Part shown: in pieces, positions 8,401 to 10,602 of the stretch | How the letters are laid out: each line of letters starts with the position of its first letter | How positions within the stretch are numbered: the stretch's first letter is position 1 | DNA from: Xanthovirga aplysinae | GTDB lineage: Bacteria > Bacteroidota > Bacteroidia > Cytophagales > Cyclobacteriaceae | Length of the DNA: 10,602 bases | Assembly: GCF_009711365.1 (NCBI RefSeq) | Contig: NZ_SMMB01001185.1 | Coordinates: 1 to 10,602, forward strand | Direction of reading: 5' to 3' | Position numbers and translations under genes: made by a program | The notes under the pieces: generated by a model | The model's input: the letters and a program-made list of their open reading frames with translations, nothing else | Told to the model about the DNA's origin: nothing | Databases searched by the model: none

Positions 8401-10187
8401 AGGCTTTGGTGTCCCTGAAAACTAAAGCCAGTTTGCTGTCTTATGATTCCCTGAATCGTTCGGTGGCGGCACTTTATTGGAGACTTTTTGCCAATGAATC
8501 TAGCAAAGGGTCATTCGAGCAGCAGTTAAAAGGGGTTTCTGCTATCTTGAAAGTTTTCCCGGACAGTAAAGAATTCGAGGACTTAAAGAAAAACTTGCAG
8601 CAGCAAATTAATGCTTTTGCCGAAACAACCGGTTTATTCCAATTGGAAGATATTACCCAGGCAGGGGAATATTTATTTTATGAGTTGTTGGAGGATAAAA
8701 GTTTGGTGGTGTCTAAAGAAGCACAGGAACTTTATCAATTGTTTGAAGCTCGTTTAAAAGCCAAACAAGCCTGGAAATCTTTTGAAGCTTCTTTGCAAGC
8801 AATCCAAGAATCTCCAGAGTTACGATTTATTCAATTAACCCGCTGGTTAAGGGCTTTCGTTCAACAGGAAGGTTGTTATCAATATGTTGATAATATATCA
8901 GAAACGGCGGCTATTTTTCTTACTGAGGGATTTGCCAAAGCTAGGAGAATTGAAACATCTTTGGGAATGTCAATGGAAAGCTTACAGGGAGATCATCGCT
9001 TAATAGCCGAAAATGGATATCAATTACACCTAACAAACTTTATAAAACGTCTGAATAATTTTTCTCAACATACGGTTCCTTTGTTCGAGCAATTTTCGGA
9101 ATTGAAAAAACAACTGATCCACAAGCAGGAAGAAGTTCTCCGTTTGAAGGAGTTTAAACCGAAGGTGATGTCCTCTTTTGTAAGGAATAAATTGATAGAT
9201 AAAGTATATCTTCCTTTGATTGGAGCTAATCTGGCCAAACAGATCGGGACAGGAGGAGAAAATAAACGTACCGACCTGATGGGGATGCTCCTATTAATCT
9301 CTCCTCCGGGTTATGGTAAAACTACCTTGATGGAATACATTGCCAACCGATTGGGGATCATTTTTATGAAAATAAACGGTCCGGCTATAGGTCATGAGGT
9401 GACGGCATTAGATCCTGCTGAGGCGCCAAATGCAGGGGCCAGACAGGAGCTTGAAAAGCTTAACCTTTCTTTTGAAATGGGGGATAACGTGATGATCTAC
9501 TTGGATGATATACAGCATTGTAATCCTGAGTTTTTGCAAAAATTTATTTCTCTTTGTGATGCCCAGCGAAAGATTGAAGGGGTTTACAAGGGCAAAAGCA
9601 AAACCTATGACTTTCGTGGTAAGAAGGTTTGTGTGGTGATGGCCGGAAATCCTTACACAGAAAGTGGGGATAAATTCCAGATTCCTGATATGTTAGCTAA
9701 CCGGGCAGATATCTACAACTTGGGAGATGTGATAGGGGATGCTGAAGAAGTCTTCAAACTGAGTTATATTGAAAACTGTCTTACCTCTCATCCTCTGATG
9801 AACAAACTGGCATCAAAAAGCTTCAAAGACGTGCATGCCATTCTACGGCTCGCTGAAACAGGACAGCAGGAAGGGCTGGAATTTGAAGCGAAGCATTCGG
9901 CAGAAGAGCTAAATGAGTACGTGGCCGTTTTGAAGAAACTTCTTAAAGTGAGGGATATTGTTTTGAAAGTAAATATGCAATATATCTATTCTGCCTCCCA
10001 AGCCGAGGAGTATAGAAAAGAGCCCCCTTTTAAACTGCAGGGTTCTTACCGAAATATGAATAAGATGGTCGAAAAAATTTCAGCCATCATGAATGAGAAG
10101 GAGTTAAAAAGTGTCATCCTTTCCCATTATGAGGGAGAGTCCCAGACCCTAACCAGCGGAGCTGGAAGCGAACCTTCTGAAATTTAA
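5451..10187 (+). CDS. Giant (1578 aa) multidomain protein: an N-terminal ~430-aa beta-rich domain of unknown function, ~800 aa of alpha-helix/coiled coil, and a C-terminal MoxR/AAA_5-class AAA+ ATPase domain
   Basis: A single uninterrupted ORF with an ATG start. The C-terminal region carries Walker A LLLISPPGYGKTTLMEYIANRLG, Walker B VMIYLDDIQH, sensor-1 VCVVMAGNPYTESG and IPDMLANRADIYNL, matching the MoxR/dynein-like AAA_5 arrangement. The middle region is rich in L/E/K/Q heptad-like sequence. The N-terminal region alternates hydrophobic and polar residues (beta-strand-like) and matches no motif I recognise. Confidence 0.88.
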   Translation: MKDKETLDRSVESSEKTQLESGTYEILQNRLQNSGHELRSRLEQLNETRKEVFGSIETNLIATERVNTENNCVSRDMVPLGDQFIFGYNVFIGLKTETKLSDVFSIYTYEDHSFHQATMGLIADDRFEDDFKKLYKYYRDSRFRKFVKKEGFLYMVFKIGKAETDLKAFKWRIEGKKLIYVDNRSEHEVVFPDQHEFQWIRTKREQYREGKHPHISIEDKIFVETLGGGLTIKVEDNTEDGQGIYAEEVEHKEQRLEDAEIYYAIIGNLIALKIRPFREDDFRYIVYNSKQQEARRVDALKDSCVLLPADHGIIFSHGYYLQTGEFKLFDNQLTEMLFERQLVSPNGEDFLYVFYNRAEGLYLLLSYNLIAQKVDKPILCHGYALFENGELCFFRDDETAKKHHALQIWQTPYTGPNFELPKLNDSYLYKVGNKEIVTAMAEAYELLTLLNKEDSYEGLYYDLIKGSTDLLDSYYWLDKEDAFSLKEPLKQLLDTATSAVDEFDKVSQIKANTQEQTLITFGRADELIKKINRQKITHINDFVAFISDLRTIRGEVISLKDLRYVVLETVEEYEGALEDLNKKLSADCVQFLLKVEALAPYRDNVNELKGEVEAVAKVSQGRKLQEENNKLAKELEMLIDIVSNLQQDDATETTRILDSISAIYANFNQIKASLKRKLKELLLVEGKAEFNAQLKLIDQGVANYLDLCDQPEKCDEYLTKLMVQIEELEGKFSEFDEFIERLSQLREEIYNAFDSRKQFLLEARNKRANTLLQAADRLLSAVKSRVNRFKSANEVNGYFASDLMLEKLRSIVEELQQMGDNVKADDIQSRMKSLKTETLRQLKDKNELFTEGDNLLKFGDYHFTVNTQALGLTMVYRDKKMNFHLTGTNFFEEVKDEAFLSCQEVWEQTLVSENQQVYRSEYLAFQLYQRAQSSTNEEGALNLHDLYKLNEQELLEYVQGFMAIRYNEGYVKGVHDQDAAKILKALVSLKTKASLLSYDSLNRSVAALYWRLFANESSKGSFEQQLKGVSAILKVFPDSKEFEDLKKNLQQQINAFAETTGLFQLEDITQAGEYLFYELLEDKSLVVSKEAQELYQLFEARLKAKQAWKSFEASLQAIQESPELRFIQLTRWLRAFVQQEGCYQYVDNISETAAIFLTEGFAKARRIETSLGMSMESLQGDHRLIAENGYQLHLTNFIKRLNNFSQHTVPLFEQFSELKKQLIHKQEEVLRLKEFKPKVMSSFVRNKLIDKVYLPLIGANLAKQIGTGGENKRTDLMGMLLLISPPGYGKTTLMEYIANRLGIIFMKINGPAIGHEVTALDPAEAPNAGARQELEKLNLSFEMGDNVMIYLDDIQHCNPEFLQKFISLCDAQRKIEGVYKGKSKTYDFRGKKVCVVMAGNPYTESGDKFQIPDMLANRADIYNLGDVIGDAEEVFKLSYIENCLTSHPLMNKLASKSFKDVHAILRLAETGQQEGLEFEAKHSAEELNEYVAVLKKLLKVRDIVLKVNMQYIYSASQAEEYRKEPPFKLQGSYRNMNKMVEKISAIMNEKELKSVILSHYEGESQTLTSGAGSEPSEI
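9240..9800 (+). other. AAA+ ATPase module (AAA_5/MoxR-like) inside the giant protein: Walker A about 9306-9329, Walker B DD at 9504-9509, sensor-1 AGNP at 9642-9653
   Basis: Motifs read directly from the translation. The spacing Walker A ... ~60 aa ... hhhhDD ... ~45 aa ... hhhAGNP ... L-x-NRAD is the MoxR/AAA_5 pattern (GPPGxGKT / hhhDE / ATxNP / LxDRF). Confidence 0.7.
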
Positions 10188-10203
10188 AGCGCTTTCCGGT
10201 TGG

Positions 10204-10389
10204 ATGAGTGAAGAAGAACAAGAACGTTGGGAGGAGATCAAGCAAACTTTCCAGAAGCATCAACAATTGAAAGGCCTAGGTGAAAATAATCAGATGGCGC
10301 AATTGGTGATGGAAATGCAATCGCTTAGTGATGGGTTGGAGGGTATTAAAAAGGCTATTGCCAAGGATGGGATAGTGGTAGAAGAATAG
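10204..10389 (+). CDS. Small acidic helical protein of 61 aa, probably co-transcribed with the giant ATPase gene
   Basis: ATG start 16 nt after the 10187 stop, same strand. Sequence MSEEEQERWEEIKQTFQKHQQLKGLGENNQMAQLVMEMQSLSDGLEGIKKAIAKDGIVVEE is E/K/Q-rich and predicted helical. A strong hairpin follows 42 nt downstream. The short length keeps confidence modest. Confidence 0.4.
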   Translation: MSEEEQERWEEIKQTFQKHQQLKGLGENNQMAQLVMEMQSLSDGLEGIKKAIAKDGIVVEE

Positions 10390-10431
10390 TGATCATTTAT
10401 TAGGAGTCTAGTTTTTTTATTCTAAATGGGT

Positions 10432-10459
10432 GTATAGCCAAGAAATGTATTGGCTATAC
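10432..10459 (+). terminator. Hairpin GTATAGCCAA-gaaatgta-TTGGCTATAC (10-bp stem, 8-nt loop) at the end of the gene cluster; candidate terminator
   Basis: Read directly: 10432-10441 is the exact reverse complement of 10450-10459. A T-run (TAGTTTTTTTAT, ~10410-10420) lies just upstream rather than downstream, so the geometry is not the classical intrinsic type. Confidence 0.35.
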
Positions 10460-10602
10460 CAATATACTATATTAACTCGCTCATTTTAAAAGTTAAAGGT
10501 AGTAAGGCTACTCTTGTCGAAAATGATTGAAAATCCAACATTTTCCTCTGGAATCAAACACTCGATAAAGTTATTTCCTTTTTCTTTTTACTTTAATATG
10601 GG

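Noticed and set aside
10186-10195. 10-bp palindrome AAAGCGCTTT overlapping the stop codon of the giant gene
   Set aside because: Too short to form a hairpin with a loop, and occurrence by chance is plausible. No supporting context.
10523-10602. Possible start of a further plus-strand gene (ATGATTGAAAATCCAACA...) running off the window end
   Set aside because: Only ~26 codons are visible, with no recognisable motif, so it cannot be supported from this window.
1-10602. Scan for mobile elements, CRISPR arrays, tRNA/rRNA genes and integrase or transposase ORFs
   Set aside because: No regularly spaced direct repeats, no tRNA-like cloverleaf candidates in the non-coding stretches, and no ORF with recombinase or transposase motifs. 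The ends of the window are plain AT-rich intergenic sequence.

Overview
The window is AT-rich bacterial DNA, roughly 40% GC by eye in the coding regions (not computed). The codon usage, the AT-rich intergenic regions and TTTG/TAnnTTTG promoter-like motifs suggest Bacteroidota; that assignment is a guess. After about 490 nt of non-coding leader, seven plus-strand genes run end to end with 7-120 nt gaps. They are, in order: (1) an NfeD/YqiJ-like membrane protein; (2) a YqiK/FloT-family flotillin carrying an unusually long Glu/Ala-rich coiled coil; (3) a small 2-TM protein; (4) a second SPFH paralogue of the stomatin/HflC type; (5) a small membrane protein; (6) a 1578-aa protein made of an N-terminal beta-rich domain I cannot assign, about 800 aa of alpha-helix/coiled coil, and a C-terminal MoxR/AAA_5-class AAA+ ATPase domain whose Walker B is DD rather than DE; (7) a 61-aa acidic helical protein. 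I see no tRNA, rRNA, CRISPR array, transposase or integrase. Every minus-strand ORF in the track lies inside a plus-strand gene, and I treat them as shadow ORFs. The most interesting feature is the apparent single-strand module that joins two membrane-microdomain scaffold systems (NfeD-flotillin and stomatin-like SPFH) to a giant coiled-coil AAA+ ATPase that has no VWA partner. By analogy with the HflK/C-FtsH SPFH cage around an AAA+ machine, this could be an uncharacterised membrane-scaffolded ATPase system. Several strong hairpins or palindromes sit between the genes, and the leader holds candidate promoters. All functional calls come from motif recognition by eye; no database search was possible.
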